From assembly GCA_005223125.1 (NCBI GenBank), contig NJBH01000007.1, positions 85,097 through 149,096 of the forward strand: a stretch of DNA of 64,000 nucleotides. Direction: 5' to 3'. Source of the DNA: Promethearchaeota archaeon Loki_b32 (GTDB taxonomy: Archaea > Asgardarchaeota > Lokiarchaeia > Sigyniarchaeales > SOKP01). The position numbers and the translations under genes were made by a program. Of this stretch, positions 49,445 to 59,962 are shown in pieces (within the stretch, counting starts at the first letter, position 1; each line of letters opens with the position of its first letter). The notes under the pieces are model-generated. The model did no database searches, was not told where the DNA came from, and was given only the letters and a program-made list of their open reading frames with translations.

Positions 49445-52400
49445 ATGAAAAATTCGTATAAAACATTAATTTGCCTTAGTATAATAGTATTGTCTACTCC
49501 TTTCTTATTCAATCAAGTGAACCTATGGTATAGAATCGAACTTGATACTAGATTCCAGCAAACAATGAATGTTTATGGCGATGAATCACAAGCTCCCTTA
49601 ACTTCTTCCCCAACAAATAATTATGAAATAATTGAGGAGATCTTCACACAAAATTTAGCTAAATATTCCTCAATGGGCTATTTTCCCCAATTATATGAAC
49701 CCTCATTGCAAGCAACTTATTATGCTCTTTATATTCTTGAAGCTCTTGGCAAGTTGGATCAAATAAATCAATCCTCTATTAAAGATTATTTAATGTCTCA
49801 TTACGATAGTAATTCGCACATTTTTATGGATAAATATTCATATAGATATTTAGATACTGATTTTTCACAAGGCTATTATCCCTTCACTTCTATTCTTGAG
49901 GTTAATTGTTATGCTTTGTTATCTTTAGGAATTTTGGGTCAGTTGGGTTTAATAAACACCCAACATTCTATCGATTTTATCTGGAGCTGCTATAATCCCG
50001 AAGGCCCTGAAAATGGTTTTATTGGACAGTCCTATAATCCAAATTTAATTGAGGAATTCAAAATAGCTACAATAGATAATACCTATTATGCTGTTAGAAC
50101 CTTGGATTTATTAATCAATGACTGGAGTAGTTATAACGATGAGAAAACACGCATTGTTCAATATATTACCAGTCTACAATTATCAAATGGAGGCTTTCTT
50201 AACGATAATGATACAGGTTTTGATTCTCTTACTTCACCTATGTTTGAACCTAATTTACTTTCTTCATATTATTGTATTAAAAGTCTAGAAGTGTTGAATT
50301 CAGTAAACTCAATAAATTTTGGAGACTTTCACCAATATCTAAATAATCTCTATGATGACACAGTTCATTCCTTCCAAATGTGTATTATGGGAATACAAGA
50401 TTTTTGTAATATCATAGCTACAGCATTAGGACTAGAATTATCAGATATAACGGGATATACGGGACTTAACAGGATTGAGGTGTTAAATTTCCTATTAACT
50501 AATCGAAACAATTTAGGAAATTGGGATTCATCAACATGGTTCAGAAATCATGAACTAATTGATACTTATCAAGTAATTCGCTGTTTAAAAGAATCAGGGG
50601 AAATTAGTCAATTAGCATTACAAGAAAAAAATCAGATTTCAAATGCGATATTCTATTATAAACAGTATAACGGTTTTTCACTCATTTCTAATGATTATAT
50701 GTCACTTGAACACATACATAGTTTAGTTAATTCTTTTGTGTTATTTAATCGAATTTCAGAATTGGATATTCAAGGACTTTATAATCTTATTGACGGGTGT
50801 TACAGTGATTTGTTTTATTATTATGGATTTTCGGCAAGCACAAATCTTGTAAATTGTATTGGCTTCAGATCACATCCTATTGAGTACTATAATTTGGGTT
50901 ATTATCACTTTACTGAAGAAACGGATAGTCTTTTTAATCATAAATTTGACTATAAAGCGTTACATTCTCTACTCAAGATCTCCAAATTAGATGATTTCGG
51001 TTTAAATTACAATTTAATGGATTCTATTAACAATATTATAGACTCTCAATTCTTAGAATCTGGATTTGAAAATTATGGGGCATTTTTACCATCTTTTAGA
51101 TATTCTTTAAGGTCTCCAGAAGCTCAAAATAGAAGTATCTTTTTAGAATATAGTTATTATGCTATTAAGACTTTGGAGCTATTGGTTAATCAATTAAATC
51201 TAGGGAATATTTTTAATTTGACATTTAATAAAGCGGCTTTATATGGATTTATACGAAGAAATATATATGAATCTAATTCTGAATTATATTTCAATCCTCT
51301 ATTTACATCTAACCTTGAAACTATTTTACAGGATACTTACTATATGATTTACATTTTAAAGGCTATTAATCTATTTGATTTAAATACGCAAAAGATCAAA
51401 GAGTTTATTCTCCAAAATATCAACTATAGCAGCATTAAAAATATCTATTACTCCTATAAAATTACTGAAATATTGGGTTTAGAAATACAATTTGATGTTG
51501 AATTGACCAGTAATTTGGTAAAACAGCTATATATCGAGGGATTAAGTGAATTTTTTGAATCTATGGATAGTCAAGTAATAAATCACGAGATTTTTCTCTG
51601 GGTCTGTGAAATGGCAAGAACTAGTGACCTCTATGTTGAATGTGATTATAAGGAGTCAGTTTATTTAGGAAGTGTCAATACAATTACAACTTCATTTAGT
51701 AATTTAATATTTAGAGAATATGGTGAATTTACATCCGTTACGTTTGAGAGCGAGCAATTTGGGATTTTAAATTTAGAAAAACAATATGATAATTCATATC
51801 AGATCAATTTCTTGGTACCCGTAGACCCGAAATATTACCCGTCTGTTGAAGGAAACATTTTTATCTACGATCATTCAGAAATCATTGGTCACGTCCCGAT
51901 ATTCTTCCTAACATCCTTAGAACAGATAATAGAATATAATATAACAAAAAACATTGAAAATATACTATTTATGGTAAACATATCCCGTAGGATTTCTTCT
52001 GAATTTCAAGCTGTTTACAATTCATCGCTTTATATTCAAGTCTTTGAAAATAATAATTGTACTGAAGTCCTAAATTTTACTAGGGTTGATTTTGAAGACT
52101 TTTCGAAATTTAGCTTTACATATGAAGTTGAAAACACCATAGATTATTATTTCAACATTTCTTTAGTTGATAATTTTCATCCAAATGGGGTATTTTTATT
52201 TGAATAAGAATTGCAATCAGAATTAAGAACGATCCCTAATAATCCAATCCCACCAGTTCCGATTGATCTTCCTATTAAAATTAACGGGATTCTTTTAGCA
52301 TTTGGCACAGCATTATTTACAGTAGTTATAATGGCAATTGTGGTAAGTAGAGGGAGAAAGATAAAAGAAAAAATCCGTAATGGAGGAAACAGAGGTGCCT

Positions 52401-52489
52401 TAGAAAAAATCGAAGATTTTACATCTAGACATAAATACACGAAACAGAGAAGAAGAAAAACTAATATAGATTTTGAAGATTGGGATTAG
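49445..52489 (+). CDS. Secreted alpha/alpha-toroid (prenyltransferase/squalene-cyclase repeat) surface protein, split by in-frame TAA at 52205-52207 before its C-terminal TM anchor
   Basis: Signal peptide; repeated 'TYYA...L..L' and 'LQ..NGGF' motifs; frame continues past the stop into a Pro-rich linker, TM helix and basic tail. Confidence 0.8.
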
Positions 52490-52583
52490 TAAAGATCAAC
52501 AAAATCATTTGGAATCTTTTTTTTTGTTTACTTTTTATTTTTTCTTTTTTAAGTATAAGTAAAAGAAATCTAAAAGATAAGTT

Positions 52584-54356
52584 TTGATTGTTAAAATAAA
52601 AAAGTGCCGAAAAAAAGAAAAAACTAACATCAAGTTACCAAAAAACATAATCTTAATTTTATTGGTTATAATTAACCTTCTTATCCTTTCGTCTTACTCA
52701 TGTAAAATCGATAAAAATAACAATTATCACCATAGTGGGGAACCACTACTAAATAATGTAATCGGGAGTGATGATCGTGAAAGAATTACACCAACAACAA
52801 CATATCCCTGGAGTACAATTGTAAAATTGTATATTACTTGGGGAAGCTATAATACATTTGCTACAGGAGCAGTAATAGACAAAAATCATGTGCTTACAGC
52901 GGGGCATTGTGTATATTCTCACACATACGGAGGGTGGGCTGACAGTATCAAAGTAGTACCCGGAGCGGAAAGCGGAATTGAGCCATTCGGCCACGTGTGG
53001 AGTATTGAAATGCGATGTTATAATGATTGGATAATTCATGCATCTCCTAACCATGATTTTGCTGTAATCACTTTAGATAGAGATATCGGTTTACAAACAG
53101 GATGGATGGGATTATATACTACACTACCTACTAGTTCAACCTATACAGGTTTATTAAATACTGCGGGATATCCACATGATCTAGATAATGGAGAGAATTT
53201 ATATTGGTGCCATGATTATGGTGTATCTGCTGATGAATACAATCATAGGTATAATTTAGATACAACAGGTGGTCAAAGTGGGAGTCCTATTTGGTTTTAT
53301 TATAACAATGGACCATATATTCTTTCAATTGTTGCATATAGCTTTATAGGTTTAGATTTAAATTATGGTACGAGATTAAATCGAAATAAATATGATTGCA
53401 TTAATAATTGGCTTTTTGCCGATAGCACCTTAACTGATAAAGCTGATTTAGCATCTGAAAATAATCATTTGGCAGGGTACAGCTCAACAATAGTGGGAGC
53501 GGGTCTAACTAATTTTGAAGTTTGGTGTAAAATTCGTAATATTGGAACTATTACAGCAAGCTCTATTATTGTCTCATATTACGCATCGACTGATACATCT
53601 TTTTCTAAACAAGATTATTTAATCGGAACTGATGTAATTCCTTCATTAACATCTACGTCCACCTCTGATTCCAGATGGTCAGGAACGTTTCCAGAGGGTA
53701 TACCAAGCGGAGTATATTATATTGGATGGATTATAGATGTAGATAATAATATTGAGGAATTTAATGAGGATAATAATTACAATTTTATCTGGTCTTCTAA
53801 ATTATCTGTCGATGCCACTCCTCCAATTAATCCCACAACTTGCATTCAATTAAATGGTACAACTGAAAGTAATGTATGGCAAGATTCTATATATAATCCA
53901 AGTTTTAGTTGGAGTGGTGCTTCAGATTTACATACAAATGTAGAAGGTTATTACTATTATTGGGGCGAAAATCCTAATGGAATCTCAAATTCTTTTACCG
54001 CATCACCTAGTTATGATCCTCCTGCGGTTAATAACGGAACTTATTACATGAGAGTTAGTACCAAGGATAGTGTTGGAAATATAGCAGAATGGACAACCTT
54101 ATATATTTTTAAATTTGAAAAGAAAATTGAAGATGAAATTGAGCCTCCAGATGAGCCGCCTAATGATGACCCTCCGGAAAATCCAGAAAATGATCCAGAA
54201 GATAATCCAAATGATGATAGTGGAGATGAGACCGATGAAATTGTTAAAGATGTTATAGATCCTAATTTTATAACAGAATGTATCATTATTGCAGGAATAG
54301 TAAGCTTATTGGTCTTTTTGTTTTTAAAAGTTTACTCGAAAGAATCAAGACAATGA
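52584..54356 (+). CDS. Membrane-anchored trypsin-like (V8/glutamyl endopeptidase type) serine protease with CARDB and FN3-like domains
   Basis: TAGHC, 'HDFAVI.L', GQSGSP catalytic triad motifs; 'NNIEEFNEDNN' CARDB; acidic Pro linker; C-terminal TM. Confidence 0.9.
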   Translation: MIVKIKKCRKKEKTNIKLPKNIILILLVIINLLILSSYSCKIDKNNNYHHSGEPLLNNVIGSDDRERITPTTTYPWSTIVKLYITWGSYNTFATGAVIDKNHVLTAGHCVYSHTYGGWADSIKVVPGAESGIEPFGHVWSIEMRCYNDWIIHASPNHDFAVITLDRDIGLQTGWMGLYTTLPTSSTYTGLLNTAGYPHDLDNGENLYWCHDYGVSADEYNHRYNLDTTGGQSGSPIWFYYNNGPYILSIVAYSFIGLDLNYGTRLNRNKYDCINNWLFADSTLTDKADLASENNHLAGYSSTIVGAGLTNFEVWCKIRNIGTITASSIIVSYYASTDTSFSKQDYLIGTDVIPSLTSTSTSDSRWSGTFPEGIPSGVYYIGWIIDVDNNIEEFNEDNNYNFIWSSKLSVDATPPINPTTCIQLNGTTESNVWQDSIYNPSFSWSGASDLHTNVEGYYYYWGENPNGISNSFTASPSYDPPAVNNGTYYMRVSTKDSVGNIAEWTTLYIFKFEKKIEDEIEPPDEPPNDDPPENPENDPEDNPNDDSGDETDEIVKDVIDPNFITECIIIAGIVSLLVFLFLKVYSKESRQ

Positions 54357-54397
54357 GATCTAATTCATATTTTTTTTTTAAATATAAATAGAATTTA

Positions 54398-56029
54398 TTG
54401 TTTTATATGATTGAAAATCAGAAGAGTCCTTCAAATTCTTGTAAATATTGTGGTTGGGAATTTCAAAATGATATTATTCAAAAAATAATTGAAGAACAAG
54501 AATCTGCAGTTTGTGAATTCTGTGGAATAGAAATTAATATTTCAAGTATCAGTCCTCAAGAGGGAATTACTAAAGAGAACTATGGGAGAATATCAAACTC
54601 CAAAGATAAAGTTGAGAAAAAGAAAAAGTCTATCGTTAAAAGTATCAGTAAACTGACAAAAACCAAAAAGTATTCTGTAAATGTGATTTTGGGAGATAAA
54701 GACTTCCCTAAAATCTTCAAAGAAAATTTAATTGTTGTGATTTCTCGTTTAATCTATAAGTATATAGGAGAATGGGAACAAGATAATAATGTCAATATAC
54801 ATCAAGTAGGTTTAACGCAAACCATTCTTATCACTCTAGCAAAAAAAGTAAAACCTATAATAGACAAGCGAATACATAGTTCTTATTTAGAAAATTTACA
54901 TAAGATTACACTTGAGGAATTTGAGGAATGGTTAAAACTATTGCAAAAAAAATTTCGTTCAATTCAAGAGTATCGAAATCATTTTCTAATCTATTTATTG
55001 TGGTTAACAAAAATAATGTTTAGGTTAGTCTCTGATATGTGGGAAATGAAAAATCTTCCAAAATTTCAAGCAACCATTATTAAAGATTTAAAGAAGTATC
55101 CTGTACCCCTTAGAGAAGTCTCTAAGGCCTATAATCTTCAAGAATTATTTGATGATGGCGAGAGAAAAGAATGTGGAAGATGTCATGAAATCAAATCTAT
55201 TAATGAATATGGAGCTAGGATGTCGCAAGGAAAAAAGAGATTTTTTAGCAGGTGTAAAGATTGTAGATTAGATATTAATCAAATTTATCAGTATAAGAAT
55301 AAAGTGAAGATTATACAAAATATTTATAATGGAAAACTGAATGGGAAATGTCAAATGTGTAATACAGATTTAAAAAAGCTTCCCTCCTTTGAGTTTCATC
55401 ATTTAAATCCTAAATTAAAAAGCGTAAAAGGAATTAGCATGTATCGAAATTGGGAACAAACAATGAGACAAATAGAAAACGAAAAAGCTACGATTCTTTG
55501 TACAAATTGCCACACTAAACAACGCAGTACTCACTATATTAAATATGAAAAAATAATTCAAGAAAATAAATTGACCCATTTAGCAACTAATAACCAAATC
55601 ACTCAATATGTAAAGAATAAAATACCAAAAGTAGATTATGACGCACGTAGGCAAGTTGTCCGTAGTATTAAGAAGCTAATTGTTATTAATTATTTATATG
55701 AAGGAAAATGTGTAGGATGTGGAGATGTAAGTACAAAAAATAATTTACCCGCTTTACAATTTCACCATATTGATAAAATAAATCCGTATATTATGTCAAA
55801 GACGTATGTTAACTTGAGAAATCTTGAAATTAAAAATATTTTAAAAAGATTAAGAACAGAAAACTGTGTACCCTTATGTGGAAATTGTCATAGAATGGAA
55901 CAGTCGATCCATTTTAAAAAAAATTTTAAAGATATTATAAAACCAGCCTATTGGAACCAAATCAAGGAGTTTTATGATATAATCGAGAAAAATTTGAGAG
56001 AGTTTAAGTTTAAAGAGGAGAAAAAGTAG
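54398..56029 (+). CDS. Multi-zinc-finger protein with two tandem HNH-like domains
   Basis: CQMC...FEFHHLNP...LCTNCH and CVGC...LQFHHID...LCGNCH; additional CxxC pairs. Confidence 0.78.
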   Translation: MFYMIENQKSPSNSCKYCGWEFQNDIIQKIIEEQESAVCEFCGIEINISSISPQEGITKENYGRISNSKDKVEKKKKSIVKSISKLTKTKKYSVNVILGDKDFPKIFKENLIVVISRLIYKYIGEWEQDNNVNIHQVGLTQTILITLAKKVKPIIDKRIHSSYLENLHKITLEEFEEWLKLLQKKFRSIQEYRNHFLIYLLWLTKIMFRLVSDMWEMKNLPKFQATIIKDLKKYPVPLREVSKAYNLQELFDDGERKECGRCHEIKSINEYGARMSQGKKRFFSRCKDCRLDINQIYQYKNKVKIIQNIYNGKLNGKCQMCNTDLKKLPSFEFHHLNPKLKSVKGISMYRNWEQTMRQIENEKATILCTNCHTKQRSTHYIKYEKIIQENKLTHLATNNQITQYVKNKIPKVDYDARRQVVRSIKKLIVINYLYEGKCVGCGDVSTKNNLPALQFHHIDKINPYIMSKTYVNLRNLEIKNILKRLRTENCVPLCGNCHRMEQSIHFKKNFKDIIKPAYWNQIKEFYDIIEKNLREFKFKEEKK

Positions 56030-56083
56030 GGTTTGTAATCATATCCAAGAATACGACTTGCCGGTTTTAAATTGATAAAGTTG

Positions 56084-56186
56084 TGCTCCTACCGGGATTC
56101 GAACCCGGGTCACCAGGGTGAAAGCCTAGCATTCAAGTATTTATTCAAATAATAAATATTGCTTGGCCTGACTACACTATAGGAGC
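56084..56186 (-). tRNA. tRNA-Glu(UUC) with D-stem intron (24/25: 56132-56159)
   Basis: GCUCCUA/UAGGAGC acceptor; CAAG/CUUG central helix, CA^A and AA^U bulges, 8-bp intron stem. Confidence 0.94.
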
Positions 56187-56338
56187 AAGTTAACTAAGAG
56201 AGTATGTTTTAACGAGTTTTTTTCATAAATGTGTATAGCAATCTTAAACTAGTATTAAAGATAGAGTTTGAATCCATTAAAATTTTTCTTTTCTTAGGTG
56301 AAGAAGACGAATTAAAAAAAGAATAATTTAAAAAAATA

Positions 56339-56455
56339 TGCGGGAAGGGAGATTTGAACTCCCGAACTCCTACGAGAATGGATTCTAAGTCCATCGCCTA
56401 AAGTCAGCCTAGGATCAACCCGTTATGGCCTTTGACCAGACTTGGCAATTCCCGC
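56339..56455 (-). tRNA. tRNA-Leu(UAG) with D-arm intron (~22/23: 56399-56430; junction ambiguous)
   Basis: AUGGA-CUUAGAA-UCCAU anticodon arm, long variable arm; 32-nt insert flanked by an AGGC repeat with GUCA/UGAC helix. Confidence 0.92.
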
Positions 56456-56621
56456 AAAAAAAATGTGATTATGTTGTTTTATTATTTAATTAAAATACTT
56501 GAGAATAAAAAAATTTTTTATGATAGAGTTCAAAATTAAATACGATTGAATTAAAAGATAAAAATTTATTATTATACATAATACAAAATATATATAAAAT
56601 GAGATTTAAAACAAAAAAATC

Positions 56622-57632
56622 TTGGTTTCTCTAATGAGTGTAAGAGAATCCTTAATAAAACATTTAACATCCATTCTAAGAGCATCAGAAGGAACAGTTT
56701 TAGTAGTTTTATGCGATAAAAATGGTCTATCAATAGCAAAAATAGGTAGAAAAAGCGAGATTGATTTAAATCCAAACCAGATTACAAGTTTAGCAGCAGC
56801 AGCTTTTTCTTCAAGTGAAGAAAACTGGGAAGATTTAAATATTAAAGACCAAGTTATCTCATTTTCATTTTTTGATAAGGTTTGTTTAGTCACAATCAGA
56901 ATTAATGAAACTCTCTTAACTATAGTGCATGATTATCATAAGGAATGGCCATTGGATGCTGATAATTTAGCAACTGCTATGTATTATTTGAAACAAAAAC
57001 TCGGTGAATTCTTTGGTAGTGGGGATGTTTCTGAAAGTGAAGTTGAAATTTTTTGTGATAAAGTTCGTAGTGCAATTTATCTTTTTGGAATGGGTTCAGA
57101 AGTTCCTTTTGTATCCTATAAGCCGGAAACTGTTAAATCATCAAATTTATTATCTTCGATAAGTACAGTTTTAGATTCTGTTCAAAATCCAATTTTTATA
57201 AGGTATGGTTTAGTAAGTCCTTCAGGTTTAACATTAGATGCTAGAGAAGTAAGTGGACAAAATTTACCAATAACTATTGAAGCATTCTCTGCAACTGCTA
57301 ATGCTGCTTTTCAAAAAATGAAGGAAGAGTCAGTAGGAAGTTCGATTGGAGATTTATTAAGTTATGTCGCTATTTCTGGTCAGAATTCTGAAAATTTTTT
57401 TGGTCTTATTGCATGTCCTTCTGGGAAGATTAAATTCTCCACAATTGAAGAGTCTTCTAATACTGAAGATATCTCTTTTATAGGGTTGTTTACATTAACC
57501 TATGGAGGAATTCCTGTTATATGTGAAGCAAGAAACATTATTAATTCAATATTGCAAATATTAGGTAAAGAACACACAACTGAGAACTTTATCAAATCTA
57601 TAAATGTTCTTACGAGTTTTAAGTATGAGTAA
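56622..57632 (+). CDS. Tandem roadblock/LAMTOR (MglB-like) domain protein
   Basis: Two repeats 'VVLCDKNGLSIA...ITSLAAAAF' and 'GLVSPSGLTLD...FSATANAAF'. Confidence 0.8.
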   Translation: MVSLMSVRESLIKHLTSILRASEGTVLVVLCDKNGLSIAKIGRKSEIDLNPNQITSLAAAAFSSSEENWEDLNIKDQVISFSFFDKVCLVTIRINETLLTIVHDYHKEWPLDADNLATAMYYLKQKLGEFFGSGDVSESEVEIFCDKVRSAIYLFGMGSEVPFVSYKPETVKSSNLLSSISTVLDSVQNPIFIRYGLVSPSGLTLDAREVSGQNLPITIEAFSATANAAFQKMKEESVGSSIGDLLSYVAISGQNSENFFGLIACPSGKIKFSTIEESSNTEDISFIGLFTLTYGGIPVICEARNIINSILQILGKEHTTENFIKSINVLTSFKYE

Positions 57633-57686
57633 AAAGTGATTAAAGGAATTTACTTATAAAAATTAATGGTTTGTTAATAAGACATA

Positions 57687-58148
57687 ATGACTCTTTCTAA
57701 TTCACCTGTAGATAACCCCAAATTATTTTGTCTCAATTATGGAGAGTGTGATCCAAAGAAATGCACAGCTTCGAAATTGAAAAAGCTCAATCTTTTAGAA
57801 ACAATAAATAAAATTCAAGGAAAGTTAAAAAATGCCATTATTCTAAATCCATTTGCTAGAAAAGAGTTGTCCGATCATGATAGAAAATTTATTAACAGAT
57901 ATGGATTAATAGTAATCGATTGCTCTTGGAAAAATATTATGAATTTAAGAAAATTAATATTTAGGAACTCTCGTAAATTACCTCCAATGATTGCTGCGAA
58001 TCCAACAAACTATGGTAAATGGGAAAAATTAAGCTCTGTAGAAGCATTAGCAGCAGCATTATTTATTACTAAATTCTCTGATTCTGCGGACCTTCTTCTT
58101 TCTAAATTTTCTTGGGGTATGCAGTTTAAAGAATTAAACGAATTTTAA
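57687..58148 (+). CDS. tsr3: rRNA aminocarboxypropyltransferase Tsr3
   Basis: ECDPKKCTA.KL, IDCSW, R.LP..IAANP.NYG...KLSSVEALAAAL, F.WG..F..LN. Confidence 0.93.
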   Translation: MTLSNSPVDNPKLFCLNYGECDPKKCTASKLKKLNLLETINKIQGKLKNAIILNPFARKELSDHDRKFINRYGLIVIDCSWKNIMNLRKLIFRNSRKLPPMIAANPTNYGKWEKLSSVEALAAALFITKFSDSADLLLSKFSWGMQFKELNEF

Positions 58149-58185
58149 AAAAAAATTTAATAAAAAGATAATAGCAATTATTATA

Positions 58186-59790
58186 TTATTCTTCAATACC
58201 TTTCGATAGACCGGAAGCTGCGATAACATCATCAATTTTTAGAATCATTGATGAAACTTCAGTTGCAGATTGAACGGCTTGAGTTAGAACAGATAGGGGT
58301 TCTAGAACACCTAATTTAACCATATCATCTGGTTTTCCTGTATCAATATTAATTCCATTAGAATTACCTTGCTCGTTTTCGTGTTTAGATCTTAACTCAA
58401 CAATTAAATCTACAGGATTATATCCGGCGTTTTCAACCAGTGTTTTAGGAATTATTTCAAGCGCATTAGCATACACTTCAATTGCTAACTGCTCTCTCCC
58501 ACCAATTGATCTGGCATATACTCTGAGTCTTTTAGCTAGTTCAATTTCAGAAGCACCCCCTCCTGGTAAAATAAAAGGTAATTCAATAGCCGCTTTAACA
58601 ACAGATAAAGCATCGTGCAGCATTCTTTCTGCCTCATCTACTACATGTTCAATCCCTGCTCGTATTAGTATGCTTACTGCTTTAGGATCTGCGCACCCTG
58701 AAATAAAAATCATGTTATCATCCCCAATTTTCTTCTCTTCCACATTCCCAGCGCTACCTAAATCATTTTCGCTAATTTCAAAAATATTATTTATGATTTT
58801 AGCATTTGTAGCTCTAGCTAACTTTTCCATATCTGATCTCTTAACTCTTCGTACTGTTATTATATCTTCTTTTGCAAGGAAATTTTGAGCTTTATCATCA
58901 ATACCCTTTTGACAAAATACCACGTTAGCTCCGATTTCTTTTAACTTAGAGACCCTTTTTTTAAGCATATTAGATTCTTCTTCAAGGAATTTGTTTATTT
59001 GATCAGGAGTTTGGATTCTTATTTCAGCATCGAATTCTGTTTTTTCTACCTCTAGAGATGAGCTAATTAATGCTATTTTAGCATTTTTTGCTGATTTCGG
59101 CATCATTGGATGAACTACTTCTTTATCTATAATAATTCCATCTATGAGATCTGTGTTTAAAAGGCTTTTTCCTTCTTTCTTAATTATTTGAATTTGGTCT
59201 AAATCAATAATTGTTTTATTTCCACGCTCTTCTTTGATTTGACTTACAGCCTTAACAGCAATATCAGCAAAATGATTTTTTACACCAGCAATTAATTTGC
59301 TATTCATAGATGTTTCGGCGACTTTCATTAAAGTTTCTGTATCGTTTATGTCTATCTTTGTTGCCAATTCTTGTAATATTTCTTTACTTTTTAGTAACGC
59401 TTTTCTATACCCTCTAAAGATAATTGTAGGGTGTACTGATTGCTCCATTAACTCTTCTGCTAGGTTTAATAATTCTCCTGAGATAATTACACTTGTGGTA
59501 GTCCCATCTCCAACTTTATCGTCCTGAGTCTTAGCTACTTCTACTATCATTTTAGCTGCGGGATGTTCGACATCAATTGTATCTAAAATTGTTGCTCCAT
59601 CATTTGTAATCGTAACATCTCCTAAAGAATCAACAAGCATTTTATCCATACCTTTTGGCCCTAGTGTAGTTCTTACAGCTTCAGCAACTGCTTTTGCAGC
59701 AGCAATATTGTTCTTTTGGGCAACTTTTCCTTGTTTTCTTTCAGTTCCTTCTTTTAGTATAAGGATTGGAACACCTGATAATTGTGCCAT
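58186..59790 (-). CDS. ths: Thermosome (group II chaperonin) subunit
   Basis: [40 protein letters not shown]. Confidence 0.97.
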   Translation of the reverse strand: MAQLSGVPILILKEGTERKQGKVAQKNNIAAAKAVAEAVRTTLGPKGMDKMLVDSLGDVTITNDGATILDTIDVEHPAAKMIVEVAKTQDDKVGDGTTTSVIISGELLNLAEELMEQSVHPTIIFRGYRKALLKSKEILQELATKIDINDTETLMKVAETSMNSKLIAGVKNHFADIAVKAVSQIKEERGNKTIIDLDQIQIIKKEGKSLLNTDLIDGIIIDKEVVHPMMPKSAKNAKIALISSSLEVEKTEFDAEIRIQTPDQINKFLEEESNMLKKRVSKLKEIGANVVFCQKGIDDKAQNFLAKEDIITVRRVKRSDMEKLARATNAKIINNIFEISENDLGSAGNVEEKKIGDDNMIFISGCADPKAVSILIRAGIEHVVDEAERMLHDALSVVKAAIELPFILPGGGASEIELAKRLRVYARSIGGREQLAIEVYANALEIIPKTLVENAGYNPVDLIVELRSKHENEQGNSNGINIDTGKPDDMVKLGVLEPLSVLTQAVQSATEVSSMILKIDDVIAASGLSKGIEE

Positions 59791-59962
59791 CTTTCATTCA
59801 CTTTTGTATTAGTTAATATAAAACTTTTATTTATATAGATCTCTAAGTCATAAAATTAAAAAAGTTTACGAAAAATAATTCAATCACTAATTTTTAAGAC
59901 TTTTTTGAAATTTATTGAAGTTTTTAAAATTTAAGATTAAAAAAGAAATAAAATAGCTAAAA

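Noticed and set aside
52205-52207. Selenocysteine or pyrrolysine recoding of the internal stop
   Set aside because: The codon is TAA, not TGA or TAG
43600-56100. att direct repeats or integrase for the tRNA-flanked region
   Set aside because: No duplicate of either tRNA 3' end and no recombinase gene seen by eye, so it is not called a mobile element
56209-56394. ORF 56209-56394, and similarly ORFs 32873-33133 and 63587-63790
   Set aside because: They overlap tRNA-Leu genes or the 16S 3' end
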